Source: Berkelbacteria bacterium GW2011_GWE1_39_12
GTDB taxonomy: Bacteria > Patescibacteriota > UBA1384 > UBA12157
Reading direction: 5' to 3'
DNA length: 64,000 bases
Assembly (NCBI GenBank): GCA_001029735.1
Contig: CP011213.1
Span: 524,613-588,612, forward strand
Position numbers and translations under genes: made by a program. Positions 19,826 through 31,275 of this stretch are shown one piece after another. Within the stretch, counting starts at the first letter, position 1; each line of letters starts with the position of its first letter. The notes beneath the pieces are model-generated. The model saw nothing but the letters and a program-made list of their open reading frames with translations. It was not told where the DNA came from and searched no databases.

Positions 19826-21424
19826 ATGGTAAAAAAAATATCTAAAGCTTTAAATCGGCAAAACTCTCTGGCATCTGCCTCAATAATTTTAATCATTACT
19901 CTTTTTATTTCAAATATACTTGGTGTTTTTAGAGATCATTTTTTAACTCAAAAAATCCCGACTGATATCCTAAGTACGTATTATGCTGCCTTTAGGATTC
20001 CGGATTTTATTTTTAACCTATTAATTTTAGGAGCGATTGCCTCTGCCTTTATTCCTGTTTTTACAACATTAATAACCCAAAAGAAAAATGAAGAAGCATG
20101 GCAGGTTGCAAATTCGATTATTAATATCGCCATGCTAGTATTAGTGATTTTTATCACAACACTCTTTATTACTATGCCTTTTCTTGTTCCATTGGTAGTA
20201 CCAGGTTTTGACGAGGAAAAACAAAGAATAGTCACGTCCTTAGCGCGGATTATGCTCGGTTCGCCGTTGTTCTTTGGCCTCTCTTATATAGTCGGTGGAA
20301 TTCTAAACTCGCATAAACGTTTTCTTGCTTATTCTTTGGCACCGTTAATTTACAATGTTTCGATTATAGTGGGGGCCATATTTTTTGCCGATAAGTACGG
20401 GATAGTTGCAATTGCTTATGCCGTAGTAGTCGGCGCTTTTTTACATTTAATGATTCAGCTTCCTTCCGCGATTAAGCTAGGCTTTCGTTATCAACCTAAG
20501 ATTTATTGGAAGCATTGGGGTGTTAAAAGAATTGGCATAATGATGTTTCCTCGCTCTATCGCCTTGGGCGCCAATCAAATAATGTTATTAATTTTTACCG
20601 CCATTGCTTCCGGCCTAGGGGGTTTTTCAGTTGCAATATACACTTTGGCTGACAATATTCAAACTTTACCGGTAGTGGTATTTGGAACATCATTTGCCAC
20701 AGCAGTTTTTCCATCTCTTTCCGAAGCAATTTCTCAAAACAAACAAACAGTGTTTGTAGATCATCTCAAAAAAACAATGAGAATTATTATTTTTCTATTA
20801 ATCCCTGTGACGGCGGGGCTATTTTTGTTACGCACTGAAATAGTAAGGCTGATCCTGGGATCAGGCTTTTTTGGCTGGCAACAGACTATTACAACAGCAA
20901 ATACTTTAGGTATTTTAGCTCTTTCACTCGTTTTCTCGGGCTTAACACCTTTATTTTTCAGAGCATTCTATGCATTGCATAACACAAAGCTGCCGATGGT
21001 TATAATGTTGATAAACGTAATTTTTAGTATCGTTTTAGGTAAATTATTTTCGATCAATATGGGAGTACTTGGGTTAGCTTTGGGTTATGCAATCGGCGAT
21101 GTGATTGGAGCTGTTATTGCTTATGCGTTATTGCGTAGAAAAGTTACCATTTCTAATGAAAAGGAAATTTTTTTCTTTGTATTAAAAGTAGTTTTGGCTA
21201 CTTTGATAATGAGTATAGCGATTCAAGAGGCTAAAGTATTATCCGGTATTTTTGTCGACATGCAAAGATTTTGGGGAGTTTTAGCAAAAACGAGCATTGG
21301 CTTGGGAGTAGGCATATCTGTATATTCATTAACTTGCTGGATTTTTGGCTGCGAAGAAATACAGTCGGTTAAGGCAATTTTAAATCGCGTAATAAAACGG
21401 GGACCAGATGGAACAAAAATCTAA
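19826..21424 (+). CDS. murJ: Lipid II flippase MurJ (MviN family)
   Basis: 532-aa polytopic membrane protein with the MurJ-like N-terminus '...ASASIILIITLFISNILGVFRDHFLTQKIPTDILSTYYAAFRIPDFIFNLLILGAIASAFIPVF'. Confidence 0.85.
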   Translation: MVKKISKALNRQNSLASASIILIITLFISNILGVFRDHFLTQKIPTDILSTYYAAFRIPDFIFNLLILGAIASAFIPVFTTLITQKKNEEAWQVANSIINIAMLVLVIFITTLFITMPFLVPLVVPGFDEEKQRIVTSLARIMLGSPLFFGLSYIVGGILNSHKRFLAYSLAPLIYNVSIIVGAIFFADKYGIVAIAYAVVVGAFLHLMIQLPSAIKLGFRYQPKIYWKHWGVKRIGIMMFPRSIALGANQIMLLIFTAIASGLGGFSVAIYTLADNIQTLPVVVFGTSFATAVFPSLSEAISQNKQTVFVDHLKKTMRIIIFLLIPVTAGLFLLRTEIVRLILGSGFFGWQQTITTANTLGILALSLVFSGLTPLFFRAFYALHNTKLPMVIMLINVIFSIVLGKLFSINMGVLGLALGYAIGDVIGAVIAYALLRRKVTISNEKEIFFFVLKVVLATLIMSIAIQEAKVLSGIFVDMQRFWGVLAKTSIGLGVGISVYSLTCWIFGCEEIQSVKAILNRVIKRGPDGTKI

Positions 21425-22091
21425 CGATTTAACAAAATCGGGAAGAGGCGAAAACGATTTAAAACTCGGCCTCCCAGAAAAAGAAGAAGATTTCTATCGT
21501 GACTTAGACAGAAAAACTTCACACAAAAGTTGTTGTACTTGCCAGACATTGGCAATATTTTTTACCTGTTTATTATTGATTTTTTCAGGTTTAATTATTT
21601 TTATTTATTGGCAAATCACCAGAGGAGAGGTGCCAAATTTTAATGTTAAAAAGAGCGCTGAGGTTTTGAATTTGGAAAATAAATTGATGGGTACAAAACC
21701 AGACATTCAAAATAAATACGAAATAAGATTAACAAGTGATGAAATTAATTCATTACTAACAGGTGGTCTTTCGTTCCAAGATTTTTTATTAAAAGATACT
21801 ACAGTCAGTATAAATCCCAACGAAGTATTGATTTATGGAAACTTAGTAAAACCCTTTAATGCAAGAATTATACTATCAGTTGCACCGCAAGTTAAAAATA
21901 ATAAAATTGCCTTCAAAGTGATAAAAACCACGGCAGGGAATATTACTTTACCTGCGGTAGTAAATAAGAAGATTGAGACCAATCTGAATTTTTTGATTGA
22001 TCAAAAAATGGCGAAGTTTTATCAAAAGGCAAGTGTGACAGATGAAATTTTATTGAATAATGAATTATTAATTAAGGGCGTATCAAAATAA
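21408..22091 (+). CDS. Hypothetical single-pass membrane protein
   Basis: ORF with one TM helix ('LAIFFTCLLLIFSGLIIFIYW'). No recognisable domain. Overlaps the murJ end by 17 nt. Confidence 0.5.
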   Translation: MEQKSNDLTKSGRGENDLKLGLPEKEEDFYRDLDRKTSHKSCCTCQTLAIFFTCLLLIFSGLIIFIYWQITRGEVPNFNVKKSAEVLNLENKLMGTKPDIQNKYEIRLTSDEINSLLTGGLSFQDFLLKDTTVSINPNEVLIYGNLVKPFNARIILSVAPQVKNNKIAFKVIKTTAGNITLPAVVNKKIETNLNFLIDQKMAKFYQKASVTDEILLNNELLIKGVSK

Positions 22092-22110
22092 TTATCTCCA
22101 AAGGAGAAAA

Positions 22111-22374
22111 ATGCAAATTGCTTTTATGATTATCATTGCTCTGTTAGGAGCTGCTCTTGCTATGTCGCGCCGTGAAACCCGTGTATCGTTAGGGTTGTTG
22201 ATCGTAGCAGTATCTTTTGTTCTACAAATCGAAGGTTTGGCGTCTGGTTTTTGGTTAGATGCGTTAATGGCTCTATCATTAATCGTTTTTGCCTTTGGTG
22301 TCTATGTTTTAATTAGCCGGAATGAGGGTAAAAAAAATGAGAAAGAAGATAAAATTGAACCAGAAAAAGAGTAA
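22111..22374 (+). CDS. Small two-TM membrane protein with a charged tail
   Basis: 87 aa with two hydrophobic helices and a C-terminal KKNEKEDKIEPEKE tail. GGAGAAAA SD. Confidence 0.5.
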   Translation: MQIAFMIIIALLGAALAMSRRETRVSLGLLIVAVSFVLQIEGLASGFWLDALMALSLIVFAFGVYVLISRNEGKKNEKEDKIEPEKE

Positions 22375-22575
22375 TATTTAATTTTGCATGGATGGGAAAC
22401 TAATCCCAAAGCATATGGGATTTAGATTTTTAAGAAAAACTTAGGAAGAGCAGATACGGTAAAATTTTCAAAAATGAAATGCCTCACTAAGCCAACGTTT
22501 GACGCTGAATTTTCAAATTCAAGATAATACTGTTTCACAATTTCCAAACAGGAGAAAATATGGTAAAATTCAAGT

Positions 22576-23982
22576 ATGATAAATGACCGAATTAAATTTA
22601 CGGTAGATCATCGCTTGGATTTGCTTGAGGAAAAAGCAATTGAAGTGGTTAAAGTGCTACAAAAAAATAATTTCGAATGTTATTTTGCCGGCGGGGCAGT
22701 TCGGGATCTATTGTTAAACAGAAAAATATGCGATATCGATATTGCCACTTCAGCTAAGCAAGACGAAGTCAAGAAGTTGTTTCCAATTACTGAGGACAGG
22801 GGCAAATCATTCGGAGTCATTGTGGTAAAAATGGGAAAGTTTGAATTTGAAGTTGCCACATTTCGTAAGGATATCGGAACTACAGACCATCGTCGACCAA
22901 AAGAAACTGAATTTACCTCTGCAGAAGAGGATGCCAAGAGACGTGATTTTACAATTAACGGTCTTTTTTACGATCCAGTCAAAGAAGAAATTATCGATTA
23001 TGTCGAAGGCATTAAAGATATCAAAAATAAGGTCATCCGTTTTATTGGTAATCCTACCGAGAGAATAAATGAAGATTATCTTCGTCTGTTAAGGGCTATT
23101 CGTTTTGCTGGAAGACTAGATTTTCAAATTGAAGAAAATACCTTTGAAGCTATCAAAAAGAACGCTGACAAGATAAAGTTGATTTCTGTAGAAAGAATAA
23201 GAGATGAATTAAGTAAAATTTTACAAAATGAAAATAGATCCTTAAGTCTTGAAATTCTTTCCCGAACGAAGCTACTCAAAGAATTATTTCCAGAACTTGA
23301 AGCGTTAAAGAACGTTCCGCATCCACCGGAATTTCATAGCGAAGGAGACGTTTGGACTCATAATCTTCTAGCGTTGAATAATATTAACGATTTACCAAAA
23401 GAATCAGTAACCGAAGAATTAGTTTGGGCAGTACTACTTCATGATATTGCTAAGCCTGAGACCATTGGTTTTAGAGCAACACAAGGAAAGACTAAAATTA
23501 CTTTCTTTGATCATGATGTACGTTCGGCTGAAAAAGCCAAGAGTATCCTTGAACGAATGCGATTTTCGCATAGTTTTATAAACGCAGTGGTTTGGGCGAT
23601 TTCCCAGCACATGAGAATCGTGCATGCTTTTACCGGTATGAGTGAGCGTAAGCAAAAAAAATTATTTCTTGATGAAAATATCCAACTACTGCTGGATCTG
23701 ACCTACGCTGATCTTTCTGCTAGTTTAAGGCCAAATGGTAAGCCTGATATGCAGTTGCATAATGACGCATTGGAGATGGCCGAAAGATTTTCGAGAGAAA
23801 TGAAAGATGAGGAAAAAAATCAAATGAAAAAATTTGATTTGGTAACCGGCAAAGATATAATGGAAATTTTAAAAATTCCGGCCAGTAAAGAAGTTGGTAA
23901 AATAAAATCGGAAATTGAAAAAGCTTACTTTGAAGGTAAAATTAACACTCGTGAAGAAGCTTTAAAAATGGTGAATAAATAA
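22576..23982 (+). CDS. cca: CCA-adding tRNA nucleotidyltransferase with a C-terminal HD domain
   Basis: 'YFAGGAVRDLLL...DIDIAT' Pol-beta NTase head and 'LLHDIAKP' HD motif. Confidence 0.85.
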   Translation: MINDRIKFTVDHRLDLLEEKAIEVVKVLQKNNFECYFAGGAVRDLLLNRKICDIDIATSAKQDEVKKLFPITEDRGKSFGVIVVKMGKFEFEVATFRKDIGTTDHRRPKETEFTSAEEDAKRRDFTINGLFYDPVKEEIIDYVEGIKDIKNKVIRFIGNPTERINEDYLRLLRAIRFAGRLDFQIEENTFEAIKKNADKIKLISVERIRDELSKILQNENRSLSLEILSRTKLLKELFPELEALKNVPHPPEFHSEGDVWTHNLLALNNINDLPKESVTEELVWAVLLHDIAKPETIGFRATQGKTKITFFDHDVRSAEKAKSILERMRFSHSFINAVVWAISQHMRIVHAFTGMSERKQKKLFLDENIQLLLDLTYADLSASLRPNGKPDMQLHNDALEMAERFSREMKDEEKNQMKKFDLVTGKDIMEILKIPASKEVGKIKSEIEKAYFEGKINTREEALKMVNK

Positions 23983-24096
23983 TGAAACAATCCAATATAC
24001 AGACAACTCGGAATTTTGTAATAATGGCAAATCAAAAGATTTGCGCGGAAATTACGATTCCGATAAAAGAAAGTTATTTAATTCGGGAGGTCTGCT

Positions 24097-25836
24097 ATGG
24101 TTGAACAATCAAACATACGAAATTTCGTAATTATTGCTCATATCGATCATGGTAAATCGACATTGGCCGATCGAATGATTGAAGTGACTAAAACTGTCGA
24201 GATAAATAAAATCAAACCGCAAATGTTAGACACAATGGATTTGGAAAGGGAACGTGGTATAACGATTAAACTTCAGCCAGTGAGAATGAACTTTCATTGC
24301 GGCGGCAATGATTATATTTTGAATTTAATTGACACTCCTGGTCACGTTGATTTTTCGTATGAAGTTTCAAGGTCTCTTGCCGCGGTCGAAGGAGCAGTCC
24401 TTGTTGTTGATGCAACTAAAGGTATTCAAGCACAAACATTAGCTAATCTTCAGCATGCTATTGATAATAATTTAATCATTATTCCGGTTATAAATAAAAT
24501 TGATTTACCTAACGCACAGATCGAAGAAGTGGAGAAGGAAATTTCAGAGCTATTAAAAATCGATCAGAACCAAATATTGAAAGTGTCGGCAAAAACTGGC
24601 CAGGGCGTCACTGAAATTTTAGAAAAAATTATTTCGTTAATTCCTGCCCCAAAAGGCAAGAGGGAAGCGCCGTTTAAAGCTTTAATCTTTGATTCAGTTT
24701 ACGATTCATATCGAGGGGTGATTGCTTATGTCAAAGTTTTCGAAGGCAGATTAGAAATAGGCGACAAGATTAATTTCTTTGCTACCAAAAAAATAGGTGA
24801 GACCGTTGAAGTAGGGGAATTTAAACTCAAATATCAAGCAACTGACGAATTGGTAGCAGGGGAGATCGGTTATATTGTGACCGGTGCTAAATCAATTTCC
24901 GAAGTTCAGGTTGGTGACACCATCGCCTCCCAATCCCCTGAAGACGTCTCCCCTATTGAAGGTTACAAAAAACCTCAGTCTTTTGTCTTTGCTAGTTTTT
25001 TTACTGTCGGCAGTGATGTTAATCATCTTCGCACTGCTCTGGATAAATTGGTTTTAAATGATTCAAGTTTGAATTTTAGCCCTGAAAATTCCGAAGCATT
25101 TGGTCATGGTTTTCGTTGTGGTTTTCTTGGGTTGCTTCATTTGGAGATTGTTAAAGAACGCTTAGAGCGGGAATACAACTTAGATTTAGTTATTACTCAG
25201 CCATCAGTAGAATATAAGGTTCATGATGAAGGCTCAAAAATAGAGTACGAAGAACCATGGGTGAACTTGGAAATTATTACGCCGTCACAGTATTTGGGAC
25301 AGGTAATGGAGCTAATTCAAAACAAGCGCGCTGTTTATCAAGATACAAAATATTTTGGCGACCGTGCAGTCTTGTACTATGAATGTCCCCTTTCGGAGAT
25401 CATCGTCCAGTTTTACGATCAGCTAAAATCAGTATCTTCTGGGTATGCGTCGCAAAACTACGAGATGATTGGGTGGAGGCAGGGAGATTTAGCGAAATTA
25501 GACGTTCTAGTCGCTGGAGACAAAGTCGATGAATTTGGCAAGATTGTTCCCCGAACTCGAGTTGATAGTGAGGCAAAAAGTTTAGCCCTAAAATTAAAAA
25601 ATTTAATTCCCAAACAAATGTTCGAAGTTTCAATTCAAATTGTTATCGGTGGAAAAATTATCGCTCGTGAAAATATCTCGGCTATGAAAAAAGATGTTAT
25701 CGCCAAACTCTATGGTGGAGACATTACTCGTAAAAATAAACTTCTAAAGAAGCAAGCTGCGGGTAAGAAAAAAATGAAACAAATGGGCCGCTTGCAAATA
25801 CCCGACGAAGTTTTCATGGAAATATTAAAGCAATAG
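24097..25836 (+). CDS. lepA: Elongation factor 4 (LepA)
   Basis: 'IRNFVIIAHIDHGKSTLADRMIE', 'DTPGHVDF', 'NKIDL' G-motifs. LepA-specific C-terminal domain. GGGAGG SD. Confidence 0.95.
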   Translation: MVEQSNIRNFVIIAHIDHGKSTLADRMIEVTKTVEINKIKPQMLDTMDLERERGITIKLQPVRMNFHCGGNDYILNLIDTPGHVDFSYEVSRSLAAVEGAVLVVDATKGIQAQTLANLQHAIDNNLIIIPVINKIDLPNAQIEEVEKEISELLKIDQNQILKVSAKTGQGVTEILEKIISLIPAPKGKREAPFKALIFDSVYDSYRGVIAYVKVFEGRLEIGDKINFFATKKIGETVEVGEFKLKYQATDELVAGEIGYIVTGAKSISEVQVGDTIASQSPEDVSPIEGYKKPQSFVFASFFTVGSDVNHLRTALDKLVLNDSSLNFSPENSEAFGHGFRCGFLGLLHLEIVKERLEREYNLDLVITQPSVEYKVHDEGSKIEYEEPWVNLEIITPSQYLGQVMELIQNKRAVYQDTKYFGDRAVLYYECPLSEIIVQFYDQLKSVSSGYASQNYEMIGWRQGDLAKLDVLVAGDKVDEFGKIVPRTRVDSEAKSLALKLKNLIPKQMFEVSIQIVIGGKIIARENISAMKKDVIAKLYGGDITRKNKLLKKQAAGKKKMKQMGRLQIPDEVFMEILKQ

Positions 25837-25857
25837 TCAAAATTTTTGTGGAGGAAA

Positions 25858-26097
25858 ATGGAAATTATAAAACTTGATGGTGCAAACATCGATATTGATC
25901 TTACGTCGAATGACAAGACTTCGTGGAAACAGGCCCAATGTCCTTGGAATAAAGCCGAAGGTGCTAATTTACATAGATGCGCTGTTAAAAATACCTCAAT
26001 TTGTTCCTATTTTTGCGGAATCGAGTATGAAGATACTGTTATGTGTTGTTATCCTGATAAAAATATTTCGGTAGATAAAGAAAAACAGAAAATATAA
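25858..26097 (+). CDS. Small Cys-rich protein (6 Cys, no signal peptide); hypothetical
   Basis: GGAGGA SD followed by ATG. 'CPWNKAEGANLHRCAVKNTSICSYFCGIEYEDTVMCC'. Confidence 0.45.
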   Translation: MEIIKLDGANIDIDLTSNDKTSWKQAQCPWNKAEGANLHRCAVKNTSICSYFCGIEYEDTVMCCYPDKNISVDKEKQKI

Positions 26098-26114
26098 GTT
26101 GTAAAGTCTCGAAC

Positions 26115-26738
26115 TTATAATTTTTTTGAGTGATCTCTGATTTCTTTATTTAGAACTTTGCCTTCGTCATCAATCTCATAAACATGAATAACTCCAGTGC
26201 CGATTTCCAATTCGGCGATTTTATCGTCCGGAATATTTTCCAAATGTTTAACGATGGCACGAAGAGAATTGCCATGTGCGGCCACAATCACATTATGGCC
26301 GGATTTAAGATCATTTAAAATGTGTTCTTCATAGTAAGGAATAGCGCGTTCAAAAGTATCTTTTAAACTTTCGCCGTTTGGCGGAGCCACATCCCAGCTG
26401 CGGCGATAAAGTTTAAACTTTTCTTCACCGAATTTGGCTCTGGCCTCGTCTTTGTTCATGCCAGTTAGATCACCATAGTGTCGCTCTTTAATGGCCGGAT
26501 GTTTTTTTACATCGATATCGGTATGATTATTTTCTTTTAAAATGATATCTAACGTCTCTTGGGCGCGTTTCAAATCAGAAGTGTGCGCTTTGTGTAGCGT
26601 GATATCGGAAATTAAATTTGCCGCTTGCTTTGCTTCTTCCCGGCCTTTGTCTGAAAGCTCGACGTTGGTAAAGCCGGTCCATTTATTTAACAAATTCCAT
26701 TTTGATTGACCGTGTCGAACCAATATCAAATAAGACAT
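26115..26738 (-). CDS. gpmA: Phosphoglycerate mutase, 2,3-BPG-dependent type (histidine phosphatase superfamily)
   Basis: 'LVRHGQSKWN' catalytic RHG motif, and 'AHGNSLRA'. Confidence 0.85.
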   Translation of the reverse strand: MSYLILVRHGQSKWNLLNKWTGFTNVELSDKGREEAKQAANLISDITLHKAHTSDLKRAQETLDIILKENNHTDIDVKKHPAIKERHYGDLTGMNKDEARAKFGEEKFKLYRRSWDVAPPNGESLKDTFERAIPYYEEHILNDLKSGHNVIVAAHGNSLRAIVKHLENIPDDKIAELEIGTGVIHVYEIDDEGKVLNKEIRDHSKKL

Positions 26739-26768
26739 TTTAATAATCCTCTCTAAATGTAAATAAAG

Positions 26769-28100
<1,332 letters not shown>

Positions 28101-28159
28101 TCACAACTTCCGCTTTTCAAGCTAAAATTAATATATACAAAATTATAGAAAGGGATAAC

Positions 28160-29356
28160 TTGACTAATTTTAACAAGTCCAAACTTCGGTTTCCGTTTTC
28201 CTATTTAATTGTTTTGATTCTTATTATTTATGTCATTATTGTTTTGTTTTTACCTATGCCTAAAATTTCGGCAACTTCTAACGAAATTATGGTCGACCCA
28301 GTGAATGGGAAATTGATATGGCCAACTTATGGACAGTCAGCTGTTGGCGTAGAAAATTATGGTGTTTTAGCGACGAATGGTGAGCAAAAAGCGGCACCAA
28401 TCGCCAGTATCGCCAAGACCATGGTTGCTTTATCAGTGTTAAAAGAAAGGCCGTTAAAGATTGGTGAGCAGGGTCCGATGATTACAATGACAGCTAATGA
28501 TGAAGAGTTTTTCAGACAGGATTTTGCTCAAAATGGATCAGTAGTCCCGATAAGAATTGGTGAAGAGCTTTCTGAGTATCAAGCGATCCAGGCCTTATTA
28601 TTGCCATCAGGAGATAATATTGCTAGTACGCTTGCTGTTTGGGCATTCGGATCTGTTGAGGAATATCTAACCTATGCTAATAATTTGGCTAAAGATTTGG
28701 GTTTGGAGCAGACTTATTTCGCAGATGCATCGGGTCTTTCTCCTCAGACAGTAAGTTCGGCACAGAATCTGGTTGTGCTGGGTGAAAAAGTGATGGCGGA
28801 ACCGGTATTAGCCGAGATCGTTGGACAATCAAGCGTGACTTTACCAGTAGCGGGGAAAGTCAATAATTACAATACTATTTTAGGAATTGAAAATATTGTC
28901 GGCATTAAGACAGGAAACACAGACGAAGCTGGTGGCTGCTTCCTATTTGCTTCAAAGAGAAGCATTGGTAGTAAGGAAGCGATGGTTATAGGTGTTATTT
29001 TAGGCGCAACAAGTAGAAATCAAGCACTTTCTGATACCAAAACTTTCCTTCGTTCAAATAGCTCAAATTTTGTTTCGCAAACAGTGGTAAGTGAAGGTCA
29101 GATTGTTGGTAGTTATAGATTGCCTTGGGGTAAAGAAGTTAATATTTTAGCAAAAGATGATCTTTCAGTCATAACTATTCCAGGTGCTAAACAGGAAATT
29201 AAGGCTAATTTTTCCAGTATAAATAAATCCACGAATAAAGGCTCAGAAGTTGGCAGAATTTCGGTTTCATCTGGTACGAATGAGATTTCGGTATCAGGTA
29301 TTCTTGATGAAAAAGTTTCCAAACCGCCGTTTTTCTGGAAACTTCTTCATCCTTAA
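28160..29356 (+). CDS. D-alanyl-D-alanine carboxypeptidase (peptidase S11, PBP5-like) with an N-terminal TM anchor
   Basis: SxxK active-site motif 'ASIAKTM', 'SGDN' (SxN-like), 'KTGNT' (KTG). TTG start with an AAAGGGA SD. Confidence 0.8.
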   Translation: MTNFNKSKLRFPFSYLIVLILIIYVIIVLFLPMPKISATSNEIMVDPVNGKLIWPTYGQSAVGVENYGVLATNGEQKAAPIASIAKTMVALSVLKERPLKIGEQGPMITMTANDEEFFRQDFAQNGSVVPIRIGEELSEYQAIQALLLPSGDNIASTLAVWAFGSVEEYLTYANNLAKDLGLEQTYFADASGLSPQTVSSAQNLVVLGEKVMAEPVLAEIVGQSSVTLPVAGKVNNYNTILGIENIVGIKTGNTDEAGGCFLFASKRSIGSKEAMVIGVILGATSRNQALSDTKTFLRSNSSNFVSQTVVSEGQIVGSYRLPWGKEVNILAKDDLSVITIPGAKQEIKANFSSINKSTNKGSEVGRISVSSGTNEISVSGILDEKVSKPPFFWKLLHP

Positions 29357-29412
29357 ATAACCAATCTTTAGTTCTAATAAATAACAATATTTTTTCACCG
29401 AGTTGTTATAAG

Positions 29413-29449
29413 AAAAAACAATATTTTTGCAGAATATTGTTTTTTTAGA
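29413..29449 (+). terminator. AU-rich intrinsic terminator-like hairpin downstream of the carboxypeptidase gene
   Basis: Perfect 13-bp inverted repeat AAAAAACAATATT (29413-29425) / AATATTGTTTTTT (29433-29445) with a 7-nt loop, running into a T tract. Confidence 0.5.
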
Positions 29450-29518
29450 CGAAGAATATGACTTAGGATGATAGGAAAATAAAATCATCAACTAAATGTT
29501 TTGACTAGAAAGGAAAAA

Positions 29519-29782
29519 ATGAGCTGGATTATTACGATTATCGTTGGTGGTTTAATTGGATGGATTGCTAATGGTATCTATAAAACTGGGCACATGCACG
29601 GTTTGTTAGTAGATATCGTTGTTGGTATCGTGGGCTCTCTGCTCGGTAAATATGTTTTTTATGATTTATTGGGAATTGGTTCAGCAGCGAGTTCAGGAAG
29701 TTTTAGCTTTTTCGGTATTTTTTGGGGAGTAATTGGAGCAATTATCCTCATATCCATCTTGCGATTATTAAAAATCTACTAA
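29519..29782 (+). CDS. GlsB/YeaQ/YmgE family (transglycosylase-associated) small membrane protein
   Basis: 'MSWIITIIVGGLIGWIANGI...GLLVDIVVGIVGSLLGKYVF' typical of the family. AAAGGAAAA SD. Confidence 0.75.
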   Translation: MSWIITIIVGGLIGWIANGIYKTGHMHGLLVDIVVGIVGSLLGKYVFYDLLGIGSAASSGSFSFFGIFWGVIGAIILISILRLLKIY

Positions 29783-29788
29783 TTTACA

Positions 29789-29977
29789 ATGAACCAAAAT
29801 ACTTTTTATGTATTGCTTTCAATCGGGAGCATAATATCGAGTCTGTTTTACATCTTAATAATATTAATTATTCTTTTTCTGACTGTTAAGTTAGTTAAAA
29901 TATTTAAAACCATTAACCATGGTTTTAAATATTTAAGTGACATAAAGGAAATGATAAAAAAGATAATAAATAATTAG
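29789..29977 (+). CDS. Small hydrophobic protein; hypothetical
   Basis: 62-aa ORF with one TM helix; weak support. Confidence 0.35.
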   Translation: MNQNTFYVLLSIGSIISSLFYILIILIILFLTVKLVKIFKTINHGFKYLSDIKEMIKKIINN

Positions 29978-29987
29978 AAAGGCGAAA

Positions 29988-30299
29988 ATGAAAAAAGAAT
30001 TTTTCATTGGTCTAATGATCGGATTAATAAGTGGTGCCACGGCTGGAATATTACTTGCACCAAAAAAAGGCGAGGAGACACAAAGAGACATTAATGATGC
30101 GATGGCCAACTTAAAAACCACTATCACTGGAAAAATTGCCAATTTGGGAAAAATGAGCCGTCAAAAGTTTAATGAAATTATTGACTCGACTTTTGATGAA
30201 ATTGATGATCTAAAAAGTCTCTCGGTAAATGAAAAAGATGAGTTGAAAGAAAAGTTAAAAAACAAATATGATCAGGTAAGGGAAGTGATAGAAGGATAA
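29988..30299 (+). CDS. YtxH-like (DUF948) small membrane-associated stress protein
   Basis: 'FFIGLMIGLISGATAGILLAPKKGEETQRDI' N-terminus followed by a coiled-coil tail. Confidence 0.65.
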   Translation: MKKEFFIGLMIGLISGATAGILLAPKKGEETQRDINDAMANLKTTITGKIANLGKMSRQKFNEIIDSTFDEIDDLKSLSVNEKDELKEKLKNKYDQVREVIEG

Positions 30300-30348
30300 T
30301 ACGGCAAGGTATGGCAAAAATGGCTGCAAACGTTCCACCTTCGAACAT

Positions 30349-31275
30349 TCATGAAATTTTCTTCAAAACTTTTTTAAGATCAAATCCTGTTGAGTATAAA
30401 ATTGAAGAAAATAAATCTCCCTTCTTTTTAAGTCGAGCCGTTACTGTTTTCAAATTAAAATCTTCCGGGTTTAAGCCGCTTCTTATTTCCTCCCAATCAA
30501 GAGGGACTGATACAGTAGCTTTTATGGCTGGACGAACTGAATAAGGTGCAACGGTTGTTTTGTCTAATCCGTTTTGTAACCAATCTAAATATACCTTACC
30601 TTTTCTTTTTTTTGGGCTTCTTTCCAGACTAGTAAAATCTGCTGCCTTGCGATGTGCTAAGTTTGCAATAATCTCTGCCAATGTCTTTATTTGTGCGTAA
30701 TCGTATTTAGCGCCTGTAGGCAGATAGATATGTAGGCCTCTTTTTCCAGAAGTTTTTGGGTAACCCTCAATATTAAGATCGTCTAAAATCTCTTTAATTA
30801 TTAAAGCCGTCTTTATGACGTTATCAAAAGAGCTTTCAACAGGATCAAGATCAAGTATTAAATAGTCAGGTTTTTCGAAATCTGGGCCTTTTGAAGCCCA
30901 GGGATTTATTTCAATACAGCCCAGATTCACCACATAAATTAAAGAGGCAAGATCGTTAATGATTAAATACTTAGTTAAACTATTTTCCATCTTGCTGACT
31001 GTTTTAGTTTCAATCCAATCGGGTAGATTTAAATTGGAAGTGTCTTTTTGAAAAAAACCTAATCCTTTAATTCCATCTGGTGTTCGAAAAAGTGATTCAG
31101 GCCTTCCTTCTAAATACGGTAGAATAAACGGTGCGATTTCTGTATAAAAATTTATTAAATCTAATTTAGAGATTTTTTCTTCTGGCCAAAATATTTTCGA
31201 TGGATTCGAAATTTTAACTTTTTTGTTTTCAAGTGTTAATATCATTTCAGAATTTTGATTTATTAATTTCGGCAT
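30349..31275 (-). CDS. ligD: LigD polymerase (primase-like) domain protein
   Basis: 'KISNPSKIFWPEEKISKLDLINFYTEIAPFILPYLEGRP...FRTPDG' and 'YSVRPAIKATVSVPLDWEEI', characteristic of the LigD Pol domain. Overlaps the upstream gene by 29 nt; the alternative ATG at 31245 would abut its stop codon instead. Confidence 0.8.
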   Translation of the reverse strand: MPKLINQNSEMILTLENKKVKISNPSKIFWPEEKISKLDLINFYTEIAPFILPYLEGRPESLFRTPDGIKGLGFFQKDTSNLNLPDWIETKTVSKMENSLTKYLIINDLASLIYVVNLGCIEINPWASKGPDFEKPDYLILDLDPVESSFDNVIKTALIIKEILDDLNIEGYPKTSGKRGLHIYLPTGAKYDYAQIKTLAEIIANLAHRKAADFTSLERSPKKRKGKVYLDWLQNGLDKTTVAPYSVRPAIKATVSVPLDWEEIRSGLNPEDFNLKTVTARLKKKGDLFSSILYSTGFDLKKVLKKIS

